From IMG/VR virus record IMGVR_UViG_3300036399_001267: DNA of 64,000 nucleotides; one strand, written 5' to 3'. Below are positions 47,556 to 57,830 of this stretch, in pieces (positions within the stretch are counted from its first letter, which is position 1; every line of letters starts with the position of its first letter). The translations under genes and the position numbers were made by a program. The notes under the pieces were generated by a model. The model did not search any database. It was not told the origin of the DNA and was given only the letters and a program-made list of their open reading frames with translations. This DNA comes from an uncultured virus (IMG/VR IMGVR_UViG_3300036399_001267) (lineage: Duplodnaviria > Heunggongvirae > Uroviricota > Caudoviricetes).

Positions 47556-47943
47556 TTTAAAACTTATTGACTGTACAGATGAATATTGGCAATTCGTGCG
47601 TTTATTAAGAACTGATGATAGGAATATATCGGGATTTATAAAAACAAATAATATAACTGAAGATCAACAGATAGAGTATATGAAAAAGTACAGTCATAAT
47701 TATAAAATTTGTTTATTAGATAATAATCCTGTTGGATTTATTGGAGAAATAGAAGGAGATGTAAGAGTTTGTACAGATCATAATCATAAAAATAAAGGAA
47801 TAGCGAAATTTATGGTTACTGAGTTTTTGAAATCTAACTCAAATATATTTGCTAAAATAAAGTCTAATAATCTATCTAGTTTAAAACTTTTTGAATCTTG
47901 TGGATTTAAAATTAAATATTTCATCCTTGAACCCAGTATATAA
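47542..47943 (+). CDS. GNAT acetyltransferase (PseH-like)
   Basis: HKNKGIA acetyl-CoA loop and NLSSLKLFESCGF. Confidence 0.8.
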   Translation: MKTNNLKLIDCTDEYWQFVRLLRTDDRNISGFIKTNNITEDQQIEYMKKYSHNYKICLLDNNPVGFIGEIEGDVRVCTDHNHKNKGIAKFMVTEFLKSNSNIFAKIKSNNLSSLKLFESCGFKIKYFILEPSI

Positions 47944-47948
47944 GTTAT

Positions 47949-48590
47949 ATGTCTACAAAGAAAACAATTAATAATCCATATAAAGTCGTACAAATGTTTG
48001 AAGAAGAAATAGCCTATTATACAGGCGCTCCTTACGCTGTATCTGTAGATAGTTGTACAAATGCGTTATTTTTGTGTTGTAAGTATTTAAATGTAAAAGA
48101 TGTTATTATACCCTCCAAAACTTATTTATCTGTTCCAATGTCAATTATACATTCAGGTGGAGATGTTATTTTTGACACTACGGAAGATACTAATCATTGG
48201 AGCGGACTTTATCAATTAAAGCCATATCCAATATGGGATAGTGCTAAGAGACTAACTAGTTCTATGTATATACCTGGACAATTTATGTGTTTATCATTCC
48301 ATATTAAAAAACCACTCGCAATTGGAAAGGGGGGTATGATATTAACCGATAATTTAGATGCAGTAAATTGGTTTAAAAAAGCTAGATATGAAGGACGATC
48401 CGAAAAATTTTATAAACAAGACGATATAGAATTTTGTGGTTGGAATATGTATATGTTCCCACTTTTAGCTGCAAGAGGACTAGAATTAATGCAAAATTAT
48501 CCCGAACACGTTACTGATATACAGGAAATAAATGGTTATAGAGATTTAACAGAATTTACAGTTTTTAAGAATAAAAAGATTATTAAATAA
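47949..48590 (+). CDS. DegT/DnrJ/EryC1/StrS-family PLP aminotransferase, short form
   Basis: SCTNAL, DSA and SFHIKK...GGMILTD motifs. Confidence 0.85.
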   Translation: MSTKKTINNPYKVVQMFEEEIAYYTGAPYAVSVDSCTNALFLCCKYLNVKDVIIPSKTYLSVPMSIIHSGGDVIFDTTEDTNHWSGLYQLKPYPIWDSAKRLTSSMYIPGQFMCLSFHIKKPLAIGKGGMILTDNLDAVNWFKKARYEGRSEKFYKQDDIEFCGWNMYMFPLLAARGLELMQNYPEHVTDIQEINGYRDLTEFTVFKNKKIIK

Positions 48591-48592
48591 CA

Positions 48593-50407
48593 ATGAAATT
48601 AAGTGTTCTATTATTGAGTTACAATTATAAACATTATATACAACAATGTATAGATTCTATATTGTCGCAAAGGACAAATTTTGATTTTGAAATATTAGTT
48701 AGAGATGATGGATCTAACGATGGGACAGAATCTTTTGTAAAAGAAAAATACGTTAATGAGAGTAGAGTTAAAGTTCTGGATTGTTCTAAAAATTTAGGCG
48801 CATTAGATAATATTCTGACATTGATGGACGAATCTACCGGAGAGTATGTATGTCACATCGACGCTGATGATTATTTAATTGACTACGACTATTTTCAACG
48901 CGCAGTTAACTTCTTGGATAGTAACAAAGATTTCAATATATTTTGCGGTGGATATAAGTATTTGGAAAATAACAACATATATCCTGAAAACTGTTGGATG
49001 GTAAGTCCTAAAAAGATTATAACGTTGGAAGACCTTTTATCAGAAAATTACGTTTCTTTTTGTAGAGTTTTTAGAAAACTAAAAGTAGATAGAAACATAT
49101 TTGGTACAATATATCCAGATTGGATGCTTAACTTTGAGTGTCTTAAAAATGATAAAAAAGCAATTTGTGATGTAGATCACTGTGCTGGTATTTACAGAAT
49201 ACATAACAATAGTATGTTTTCTAAAAAGACAACAGAAGAAAAAAATAAAATAAATGATAACATAAGAGTTGAATTGCGTAATAAATATAATTTATATAAA
49301 TCAGGCTTAAATAGTTTAAATGATATAATAGTTCATATACATTTATATCTAAACAAACCAAATTTAGAACAAATCGCATATGATAATATAAAATTTATAA
49401 AAGAGTGTGGATTTAAAATATTAATAACCTCCCCTAAAATTTTGCCAGAAAGGTTTTATGATATAATTGATATTTTTTATCATGACAAAGAAAATCAACT
49501 ATTGATTGAAAAATATACAGATATAGAAGTAATGTATCATTACACAAAACTGCCTGATCTTTCTTTGTTTTTAGGCGTTAAAGAGTTACAAAAACACGGA
49601 TTAGCGGTATTAAGATCAATGATAAAAGGATGTGATGTAGCATCGATTAATAATATAAAATACATAATGCGGATTGAATTTGATGATATATTTGGTCCTA
49701 AATCAATCGAGAATATAAAACGTGTAATTAACGAATTAAAAGAGAATAATTATGATTTCGATTTAATAAGAAACATTTATTCATATTACACGGATATATC
49801 AGTACATTTGATGTTTTATGATTGTAAGAAATTTTTAGATGTGTTTGGCCAAATTAAGAATGAAGACGATTATAGAAAAGAATTGTGTAATTTGGGAATT
49901 TGTAATAAAAGTACAATGTTAGAAACTTTTATGTATCTAATGGTTGAGTATTACAAAAATGAAAAAAATTTAAATATTAAATATCATGTTACATCGGATA
50001 TACAGTCATTATATTACGATACTAATTTCAATGTACATCAAAATTGTTTTAGTTTAGAAGATGGAATTTTAACAGATATTGCTTATGTATATGTAAATGG
50101 AAATTTGCAAAATAAACTATGTTTAACTTCTAGAAATTTTGCAAAAGAAAAAGCTCCGCTGGTACAATTTTATATAGTTTATAAAAACGGAAACAATTTT
50201 ACATTATATATGAATGTAGAAACAATAAATAGTTGGAGTATACATTCTATAGATGATCCGAATACAATCGATCACATTTATATAAAACACGGTGATAAAG
50301 ATTTTCACAAAAAATATTTAATTAAAATTGACGAGAAAAATAATAATTCATTGACAATATTAAATTTAGATACAAATGAATCGAGTTGGTCGAAAATAGA
50401 ATATTAA
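48593..50407 (+). CDS. GT2 glycosyltransferase with additional C-terminal domain
   Basis: SYNYKHYIQQCIDSILSQ, DDGSNDGT and IDADDY motifs. Confidence 0.9.
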   Translation: MKLSVLLLSYNYKHYIQQCIDSILSQRTNFDFEILVRDDGSNDGTESFVKEKYVNESRVKVLDCSKNLGALDNILTLMDESTGEYVCHIDADDYLIDYDYFQRAVNFLDSNKDFNIFCGGYKYLENNNIYPENCWMVSPKKIITLEDLLSENYVSFCRVFRKLKVDRNIFGTIYPDWMLNFECLKNDKKAICDVDHCAGIYRIHNNSMFSKKTTEEKNKINDNIRVELRNKYNLYKSGLNSLNDIIVHIHLYLNKPNLEQIAYDNIKFIKECGFKILITSPKILPERFYDIIDIFYHDKENQLLIEKYTDIEVMYHYTKLPDLSLFLGVKELQKHGLAVLRSMIKGCDVASINNIKYIMRIEFDDIFGPKSIENIKRVINELKENNYDFDLIRNIYSYYTDISVHLMFYDCKKFLDVFGQIKNEDDYRKELCNLGICNKSTMLETFMYLMVEYYKNEKNLNIKYHVTSDIQSLYYDTNFNVHQNCFSLEDGILTDIAYVYVNGNLQNKLCLTSRNFAKEKAPLVQFYIVYKNGNNFTLYMNVETINSWSIHSIDDPNTIDHIYIKHGDKDFHKKYLIKIDEKNNNSLTILNLDTNESSWSKIEY

Positions 50408-50454
50408 AAAATATATAAAGTTGATATTTCTAATAAAGATGTTATCATATTAAA

Positions 50455-52587
50455 ATGAAAATTGTACAAGTGCATACAGGAATTCATCCGATACCACCAA
50501 ATGGATGGGGAGCAGTTGAAAAAATTATTTGGGAATATAAATGCAATCTCGACAGACTGGGACATAAATGTGATGTCTTATTTTTAAATGACATCGATCC
50601 AAATAAGTATGATATAGTACACGTTCATCTTGCAAATCTAGCATTAGAATTGCACAGTAGAAATATTCCGTACTATTTTTCTTTTCACGACCACCATGCT
50701 TATATCTATGGTAAAAATTCACCCGTTTATATAAACAATCGTAATGCAATGAAACATTCAATTAAATCATTTGTTCCGGCTAAATATTTAGTTGATTATT
50801 TTGATTTGCCAAATGTTGAATATTTAAGCCACGGAGTTAACAATTCTACTTTTAAACATTTAGATTATGTTAGTCATAACCATAAATTGTTATGCGTAGC
50901 TAATAACGGATTTATTCACGATCAATCGGAGGATAGAAAGGGATTTTCTTATGCAATTGAAGCCGCTAAAAGATTAAATCTTCCAATTACAATAGCAGGG
51001 CCAGTTAATAATAAACATTTTTTCGATACTTACAATGTAGATTATGATAAACTGACTATATTATATAATCTTACAGAACAGGAACTTGTTGATGTATACA
51101 GAAATCATACTATATTTTTACATCCATCTATATCTGAGGCCGGGCATCCTAATTTAACACTATTGGAAGCGATGTCATCTGGATTACCTGTAGTGGGTAC
51201 ATTGGAAGATAATAATGAGTTAGATGGTTTATTTAGAATAACAAGAAATGTAGATGATATAGTAGAAGGAATTAACCATGTAATTAAAAATTATACAGAT
51301 TACCGAAATAGATCTTTAAAAACCGCAAAACAAAAAAACTGGGGTAATATTGTAGAAAATAATTTATTATCTGGTTACAACATAGAAATGACTATGAGAG
51401 ATCAACTTTTAAAAATTTATAACGAAACTCCAATTAAACATCAACCACCTAGACAAACCACCAATAAAGTAGTTTTGGACTATAACCAAGGGTGTAAAGT
51501 AGAAATAGTTGGTTCCGAGTCAAAAAAATACAACGTGAAAATGATCGACAATAAAAATAATAATGTCGTTTATGAATCTACTTTATCCAATAATATGTGG
51601 GCTAAGTCGTCATTTAAATATTTTATTGATTGGAGGGTAGAGGTATTTGATTTGGAAACTAAAGGATCTATGATTTACAATTTAAATCTAAATGGTAAAC
51701 GAGTAAAAATCGTAAATGAATCTGGAGCACTCGGAGATGGAATAGCTTGGATTTCGTCCATAGATTCATTTCAAAAGAAACACAAATGCATTGTAGATTA
51801 CTACTCCCCGATTAAAGAATTATTTCAATCTGAATATCCAAATATAAACTTTTTTAATTACAATCATGTTTCGGATGAAACTTATTTTGCCACTTATAAA
51901 ATTGGATGTTTTGATGCGGATGATCGATCATCATCTCCTACCGATTGGCGCACTCAAAGTTTACAACACATGTCGTCGGAAATACTAGGAGTCGATTATG
52001 TAGAAACGAAACCTAAATTTGTAAAGCCTACTAATTTAAAGAATAATTTTAATAAAAAATACGTTTGTATTGGATCACTGTCAACTGCTCAGGCTAAATT
52101 CTGGAACAATCCAGATGGATGGGATAAGGTTATTGACTATTTGAATTCACTTGGATATGATGTAGTATCTATAGATAAATCAAAAAACATAGGGGGTCAT
52201 AATTATTCGAATACAATACCAATAAAATCTATAGATAAAACCGGCGACTTGCCTATAAGCGAACGTATAAATGATTTATATTTTTGTGAATTTTTTATTG
52301 GATTAGGATCCGGATTGTCTTGGTTAACGTGGATGGTTGGAAAGCCGGTAATTTTGATTTCTGGTTTTTCCGATCCAAAATCTGAATTTTCTACACCGTA
52401 TAGGGTACATAATAAATCAGTCTGCAACAGTTGTTGGAATGATACTAGTTTTAAGTTTGATTCTGGTAAATGGGACTGGTGCCCTAGAAATAAAGACTTT
52501 GAATGTAGTAAAATGATAACATTTGAAATGGTAAAAGAACAAATCGATAAATGTATATCAGATATTAAAAATGAATACAGTAATTAA
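50455..52587 (+). CDS. GT4 glycosyltransferase fused to a TibC/Aah-like protein O-heptosyltransferase domain
   Basis: GWGAVEK...EAGHPNLTLLEAM; then SGALGDGIAW, FIGLGSGLSWL and CNSCWND...WCP...C. Confidence 0.85.
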   Translation: MKIVQVHTGIHPIPPNGWGAVEKIIWEYKCNLDRLGHKCDVLFLNDIDPNKYDIVHVHLANLALELHSRNIPYYFSFHDHHAYIYGKNSPVYINNRNAMKHSIKSFVPAKYLVDYFDLPNVEYLSHGVNNSTFKHLDYVSHNHKLLCVANNGFIHDQSEDRKGFSYAIEAAKRLNLPITIAGPVNNKHFFDTYNVDYDKLTILYNLTEQELVDVYRNHTIFLHPSISEAGHPNLTLLEAMSSGLPVVGTLEDNNELDGLFRITRNVDDIVEGINHVIKNYTDYRNRSLKTAKQKNWGNIVENNLLSGYNIEMTMRDQLLKIYNETPIKHQPPRQTTNKVVLDYNQGCKVEIVGSESKKYNVKMIDNKNNNVVYESTLSNNMWAKSSFKYFIDWRVEVFDLETKGSMIYNLNLNGKRVKIVNESGALGDGIAWISSIDSFQKKHKCIVDYYSPIKELFQSEYPNINFFNYNHVSDETYFATYKIGCFDADDRSSSPTDWRTQSLQHMSSEILGVDYVETKPKFVKPTNLKNNFNKKYVCIGSLSTAQAKFWNNPDGWDKVIDYLNSLGYDVVSIDKSKNIGGHNYSNTIPIKSIDKTGDLPISERINDLYFCEFFIGLGSGLSWLTWMVGKPVILISGFSDPKSEFSTPYRVHNKSVCNSCWNDTSFKFDSGKWDWCPRNKDFECSKMITFEMVKEQIDKCISDIKNEYSN

Positions 52588-53416
52588 TTTTTGTACCCAA
52601 GCATTAGGAGACAGTATTGCATTTTCTCCATATGCAGATGAGTATCAACGTATATACGGCGGTCACGTGTATGTAAAAACAAAATGGTATACTGTTTTAA
52701 AATCTAATAATTCAAATGTATATTTTGTAGAGCCAGATATGACCATAAAGTATGATAAATATTTTGAGATTCATTTTCATTTTACAAATGTACCCATGCA
52801 AAAGTTGGCATGTGATCAATTAGGAATTGAATATAAAGAAATAATACCAAATATTAAAGAATTTAATAAATATAAATTTAACAAAAAGAAAAAATATGTT
52901 TGTATAAGCGTTCATTCAACTGCACAACTTAAATATTGGAATAATTCATCTGGTTGGGATTCAGTAGTAAAATATATAAGAGGATTGGGTTATGATGTTT
53001 ACGTCATAGACAAAGATGAGGTTTTCGGATCTAAAGAAAAATGGAATAATATTCCCAAAAAAGCATTTAATGAAACAGGAAATTATCCAATCGAATATAG
53101 AATAGACCAAATCAAAAACTGTTCGTTTTTTATCGGTTTAAGTAGCGGTCTTAGTTGGTTAGCGTGGGCATTGAATAAAAAAGTAGTGTTAATATCAGGC
53201 TGTACGGACACTTATAATGAGTTTAATTCGAATTGTTATAGGGTTATTAATAAGAATGTTTGCAACGGATGCTTAAATGATCCATCCATAAATAATAAAG
53301 ATGGTATATTAGGGGGGTGGATGTACTGCCCGAGACAAAAAGACTTTGAATGTAGTAAAAAGATATCATTTGATATGGTAAAAGAACAAATTGACCGAGT
53401 TATACAAGAATTATAA
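52571..53416 (+). CDS. TibC/Aah-like (GT9-related) heptosyltransferase
   Basis: ALGDSIA, STAQLKYWNN, FIGLSSGLSWLAWA and CNGC...CP...C motifs. Confidence 0.82.
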   Translation: MNTVINFCTQALGDSIAFSPYADEYQRIYGGHVYVKTKWYTVLKSNNSNVYFVEPDMTIKYDKYFEIHFHFTNVPMQKLACDQLGIEYKEIIPNIKEFNKYKFNKKKKYVCISVHSTAQLKYWNNSSGWDSVVKYIRGLGYDVYVIDKDEVFGSKEKWNNIPKKAFNETGNYPIEYRIDQIKNCSFFIGLSSGLSWLAWALNKKVVLISGCTDTYNEFNSNCYRVINKNVCNGCLNDPSINNKDGILGGWMYCPRQKDFECSKKISFDMVKEQIDRVIQEL

Positions 53417-53508
53417 TAAAATAATAAAAGATATAATAAATAGTTTCATCTTCGATTTTTTTGTTTATATTTATAGATTAAATATAACTTTGAAAGGATA
53501 TTAAAATT

Positions 53509-56500
53509 ATGCCAATACAAGAAGGTGGAACATTCGCACCAACACAAAATATAGTAAGTCCAGGGGTTTTTACCCGTGAAAACGATCTTTCGGCACTAGC
53601 CCAAGGTGTCGCAAATATAGGTGGAGCTATAGTAGCTCCATTTGCTGACGGACCAGCATTCTTCCCAGCAACAATCTCCGAAGTATCTACTTTAGAAAGT
53701 ACTTTCGGTTTAGCTGACGGAGTATATTATGGTCCATATACCGCAAAAGAATATCTACAACAACAAGGTATCGTTACAGTTGTTCGCGTAGGTGGTCTAA
53801 CTGGTTACTGGCAAAAGAGTCCATTGATCGTTTATGCTCAACCAGGATCATGGGATCGTGGAGCAGACGCAGGTGCTATTACAACAGCATCATTCATGTA
53901 TTTAGATGATACTAGTTATACTACCAATATTAATTATCAACAAAGTAGTTCCGTGTTGTATTCATCTGGTAGTAATAACACAGCTGTTGGAAAAAATAAT
54001 TTTATTGGATTAAATGGTAAAATTACAGTAACCAAAGCATCTACCAGTGAAATTTCATCGTTTTTGTTGAATAATATTAGTAGTTTGCCATATTATTTAT
54101 CACTATCAAGTTCATTGGCTTCTTCTGGAAGTAAAGGTAAAGTATTAAAAATAACCACTACCGATTATTACAATCAATTTACCGCATCTGTACAAAGACG
54201 TAATTTTACAGTAGGCAAAACAACTAACTATAGTTTGGCAAATTTTGATTTCCAAAAATCACGTTTTTCAGGATCTTTATCTCAGAGTGCAACTACAGAT
54301 TCATTGGTATTTGATACAAATACATTTGGAAATGTTGCTGGTACTCAAAATAACGCTCCATATTCTACAACCTATCCGTATTATAGTTATTTGACCGCTT
54401 CATATACATTAAGCGGAAATGTTATTACATACGGATTAGTATTTGCTAAACTGCCAAGTAATCAAACAACTAATTTCTCTTCGGTTACTTACAATTTAGC
54501 TAAATCTACAGGAAGTTATGAGTTCCGTGTAGACAATTCGAGATTGTCATTGAGCGGTGCAATTAATGTAAAATTCGGATCTGTAGCTGCTACAAGTTTA
54601 GTAAACGCGGCATCAACAGATGGCACAGGAACATTAAGTGGTAGCGTATTATACGCCGGTCAACAACTCAATTTGGGTAGTATTGGTCCTATTTTATTCA
54701 CTAAGAAAGGCGCACCAGGTAATTCAAGTTATCCATATTACTATCTAAGTTCTAGTGTACAAGCACAAGATGTAAGTGCTGAAACTGTAATTTCTACAGC
54801 ATTCGCTGAAAGCACAACCACAGTAGCTCTATTTTCTAGTTCTTACTTCGGAAATACAGCTGGAAATGTAATAGTTGACTATGACTCAGATGTATTGAAT
54901 GTTTCTAGTGGTACTGTGAGACTCATAAGTGGTAGTGTTGAGTCTCTACGTGGTTCAGGAACATGTGTTGCTGGTCTACAACTTAAAGGTGTAATCAGTG
55001 GTAATTTTGCTAAATACACAGGAACATTTAGTCCAAATGGTACGAATAGCAACGACCCATGTAATCCAAATACATCAGGTCGTCAAAATATGATATTGGC
55101 AGTGTTAGCAAATACCCAAAATGCTTCTACACAATTTAGTAACGACTATGAAGTGTATGGATTTAATGGTACAACATTAAGTCAATTAACAAGTAGCGCA
55201 TTCCCATATAAGAACTTGATTAATCCAAACGAAAACGTTTATAATTTGGCTTTGAGATATAGTTTCTCAAATCCAAATGGCAGTGTTTCTTCCGGTACAT
55301 ATGGATATTATGATTTCAGTCTAAATGAAAATGATAATAACTATATTAAAGATGTATTTGGAATCGATCCAACTGTTGGAAATCCAGACAAACAAATTGC
55401 CGGTCAAAAAGTTGAAGCTGCTTACAACTATGTTCTATTTGAAGACAGTATCAAGAAGTTCGTAGCTGAAAAGACCAGTACTTTGGGTTGGAGATTGCAA
55501 GTTGGTACTAATAGTCTATCTGGAAGTACAATCGTAGGCGAACCTTTAAAGTTTGTCGATCAATATAGTACCAATTTAAATGCTGGAGACAGTCAATTTG
55601 GTATTACAAACGCTTATACTCCATGGGTATATTCACAAAAGATTTCTCCATTCAAAGGTAGTGCAAACGAAGCTGCTGTTCCAACTAAGTTCCAATTGTT
55701 CAAAGCTCACACTTTGAGTGATGGTACATTGAGCAACAATAAATACAAGATTGAAATTAGCAACGTTAAGTTGGCTGGTACAGTTCCAGGAAGCGATTGG
55801 GGTTCATTTACTCTAGGCGTTCGTGCTTATAGTGATACAGATAAGAAGCCTAAGTATTTGGAAATCTTCCAAAACTTGAATCTAGATCCAGACAGTGCAA
55901 ACTTTATTGCACGTAGAATTGGTGATAGATATGCTTATATTACTTATGCTGGTAAGATCATTCAATATGGTACTTATGCTAACTTGAGTAGATATATCAG
56001 AATCGAAATGTCTGATGTAGCATATCCAGTTGTTTGTATACCATATGGATTTGAATCTTATAGTACTCCGATCAATAGTACTGCAAACATCTATGTACCA
56101 TACGTACAATATAGTAAAGCAAGTATTTATGGTCTAGCTCCTGGTAAGTATCCATCTGGCACTGTGTTCGGTGCAGTTCCAGGAACTGATTCCGAGATTC
56201 AATCTCTATATCCAACTTCTTCTTTTGGAGTTGGTGTAGATAACAACACTAAACAATATTTCAATCCATTGCCATATTATGGTAGCACCGATAGTAATGG
56301 TTTGAATATCGACTTCGATCTTGAAGATAAAGTTTACGGTACATCTACCGCTAAATATTATGCTCAAGGTACATCAGCGAGTACTGGTTCATTACTAAAC
56401 CCAAGCTTGAGCGGTAGTATTCCAAGTATATATGATGCTGTGAATGAATCTACATATGTAAAACTACGTAAGTTCGTACTTGGATTCCAAGGTGGATTTG

Positions 56501-57462
56501 AAGGTCAATGGCCAGCAATTCCAATCAATGTTGGTAGTAACATTACTCCAGGCAACACTCAAGGTCTAGATTGTACAAACATTAATAGTCCAGGTAGTAT
56601 TGCTTACAAACAATGTATTGCTGCTCTAGGTAACGCAGATGAATTTGATATTAATTTGATCGTGTTGCCTGGTATCTTCCGTTCTCTACACAGTTATGTT
56701 ACTGAATTGGTAATCGATATGTGTGGAACTCGTCAAGATTGTTTCTACATCATGGATAACGTAGTATTCCCAGCAAGTAATCAAACTGTAGGATTGATCG
56801 ATGCTGCTATAAACAGTGTCGCTGACATTGACAGTAACTATGTAGGTACTTATTATCCTTGGGTTAAGATCCTAGATACTAATACCAACAAGATTATTAG
56901 TGTTCCTCCTTCAGTAGTATTGCCAGCAGTTTACGCTGCTAACGATAACTCCGCTGCTGAATGGTACGCTCCAGCCGGTCTAAACCGTGGTGGTATTCCA
57001 ACCGCAGTACAAGTACTTGATCGTGTAACCCACGCTGAACGTGATACATTGTACGAAGGCCGTGTAAATCCAATCGCAGCATTCCCTGGCCAAGGTATTT
57101 GTGTATGGGGTCAAAAGACTCTACAAATTGCCCCAAGCGCTTTGGATCGTATCAATGTACGTCGTTTGTTGATCAACTTGAAGAAGTTTATCGCAAGTTC
57201 AAGCAACTACTTGGTATTCGAACAAAACGTTGCTTCTACAAGAAATCGTTTCTTGAGTATTGTAACTCCATATTTGGAATCAGTACAACAACGTAACGGT
57301 ATCTACGCATTCCAAGTCAAGATGGATGCTGAAAACAATACTCCTGACTTGATTGATCGTAACATCCTCTACGGACAAATCTATATCCAACCAACTAGAA
57401 CCGCTGAGTTTATTATACTCGATTTTAATATACTCCCAACGGGCGCTCAATTTTCTGCCTAA
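53509..57462 (+). CDS. Contractile tail sheath protein with large insertion
   Basis: SPGVFTREND N-terminus; YYPWVK, WYAPAGLNRG, VWGQKTL, RINVRRL and FEQN motifs. Confidence 0.95.
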   Translation: MPIQEGGTFAPTQNIVSPGVFTRENDLSALAQGVANIGGAIVAPFADGPAFFPATISEVSTLESTFGLADGVYYGPYTAKEYLQQQGIVTVVRVGGLTGYWQKSPLIVYAQPGSWDRGADAGAITTASFMYLDDTSYTTNINYQQSSSVLYSSGSNNTAVGKNNFIGLNGKITVTKASTSEISSFLLNNISSLPYYLSLSSSLASSGSKGKVLKITTTDYYNQFTASVQRRNFTVGKTTNYSLANFDFQKSRFSGSLSQSATTDSLVFDTNTFGNVAGTQNNAPYSTTYPYYSYLTASYTLSGNVITYGLVFAKLPSNQTTNFSSVTYNLAKSTGSYEFRVDNSRLSLSGAINVKFGSVAATSLVNAASTDGTGTLSGSVLYAGQQLNLGSIGPILFTKKGAPGNSSYPYYYLSSSVQAQDVSAETVISTAFAESTTTVALFSSSYFGNTAGNVIVDYDSDVLNVSSGTVRLISGSVESLRGSGTCVAGLQLKGVISGNFAKYTGTFSPNGTNSNDPCNPNTSGRQNMILAVLANTQNASTQFSNDYEVYGFNGTTLSQLTSSAFPYKNLINPNENVYNLALRYSFSNPNGSVSSGTYGYYDFSLNENDNNYIKDVFGIDPTVGNPDKQIAGQKVEAAYNYVLFEDSIKKFVAEKTSTLGWRLQVGTNSLSGSTIVGEPLKFVDQYSTNLNAGDSQFGITNAYTPWVYSQKISPFKGSANEAAVPTKFQLFKAHTLSDGTLSNNKYKIEISNVKLAGTVPGSDWGSFTLGVRAYSDTDKKPKYLEIFQNLNLDPDSANFIARRIGDRYAYITYAGKIIQYGTYANLSRYIRIEMSDVAYPVVCIPYGFESYSTPINSTANIYVPYVQYSKASIYGLAPGKYPSGTVFGAVPGTDSEIQSLYPTSSFGVGVDNNTKQYFNPLPYYGSTDSNGLNIDFDLEDKVYGTSTAKYYAQGTSASTGSLLNPSLSGSIPSIYDAVNESTYVKLRKFVLGFQGGFEGQWPAIPINVGSNITPGNTQGLDCTNINSPGSIAYKQCIAALGNADEFDINLIVLPGIFRSLHSYVTELVIDMCGTRQDCFYIMDNVVFPASNQTVGLIDAAINSVADIDSNYVGTYYPWVKILDTNTNKIISVPPSVVLPAVYAANDNSAAEWYAPAGLNRGGIPTAVQVLDRVTHAERDTLYEGRVNPIAAFPGQGICVWGQKTLQIAPSALDRINVRRLLINLKKFIASSSNYLVFEQNVASTRNRFLSIVTPYLESVQQRNGIYAFQVKMDAENNTPDLIDRNILYGQIYIQPTRTAEFIILDFNILPTGAQFSA

Positions 57463-57487
57463 TCTAGGATAAAGAAAATTAAACAGA

Positions 57488-57520
57488 ACCCCGCTTAGAA
57501 ATAAGCGGGGTTTTTTGTTT
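57488..57520 (+). terminator. Intrinsic terminator
   Basis: accccgctta-gaaa-taagcggggt followed by a T tract. Confidence 0.85.
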
Positions 57521-57539
57521 GATCGGTATATTTATATTT

Positions 57540-57830
57540 ATGATACTATTAACACGAATCGTTGAGGATTTAACTAACCCACAAGTTAAAAACGCCGTAG
57601 ATCCATCTCTTTTAAAGTTAATTGACAAGGTAATCGATGACACAAATGTTTTGGTAGTTAATAACTTAAAAATGGTAAAGGATATTTTATCAAAAGAACC
57701 AATTGATAAAGCTAGATTAGACGTTGCACTAAGCAATTATAAACGTTATTTTAATAGAGACAACGGCGGCACACCTGAAGTGATTCGTGGTATGACAATG
57801 CAAAATAAACTAGACGAGTTATCAAAATGA
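57540..57830 (+). CDS. Hypothetical protein
   Basis: ORF 57519-57830; the likely start is ATG 57540 after TATTTAT. Confidence 0.65.
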   Translation: MILLTRIVEDLTNPQVKNAVDPSLLKLIDKVIDDTNVLVVNNLKMVKDILSKEPIDKARLDVALSNYKRYFNRDNGGTPEVIRGMTMQNKLDELSK

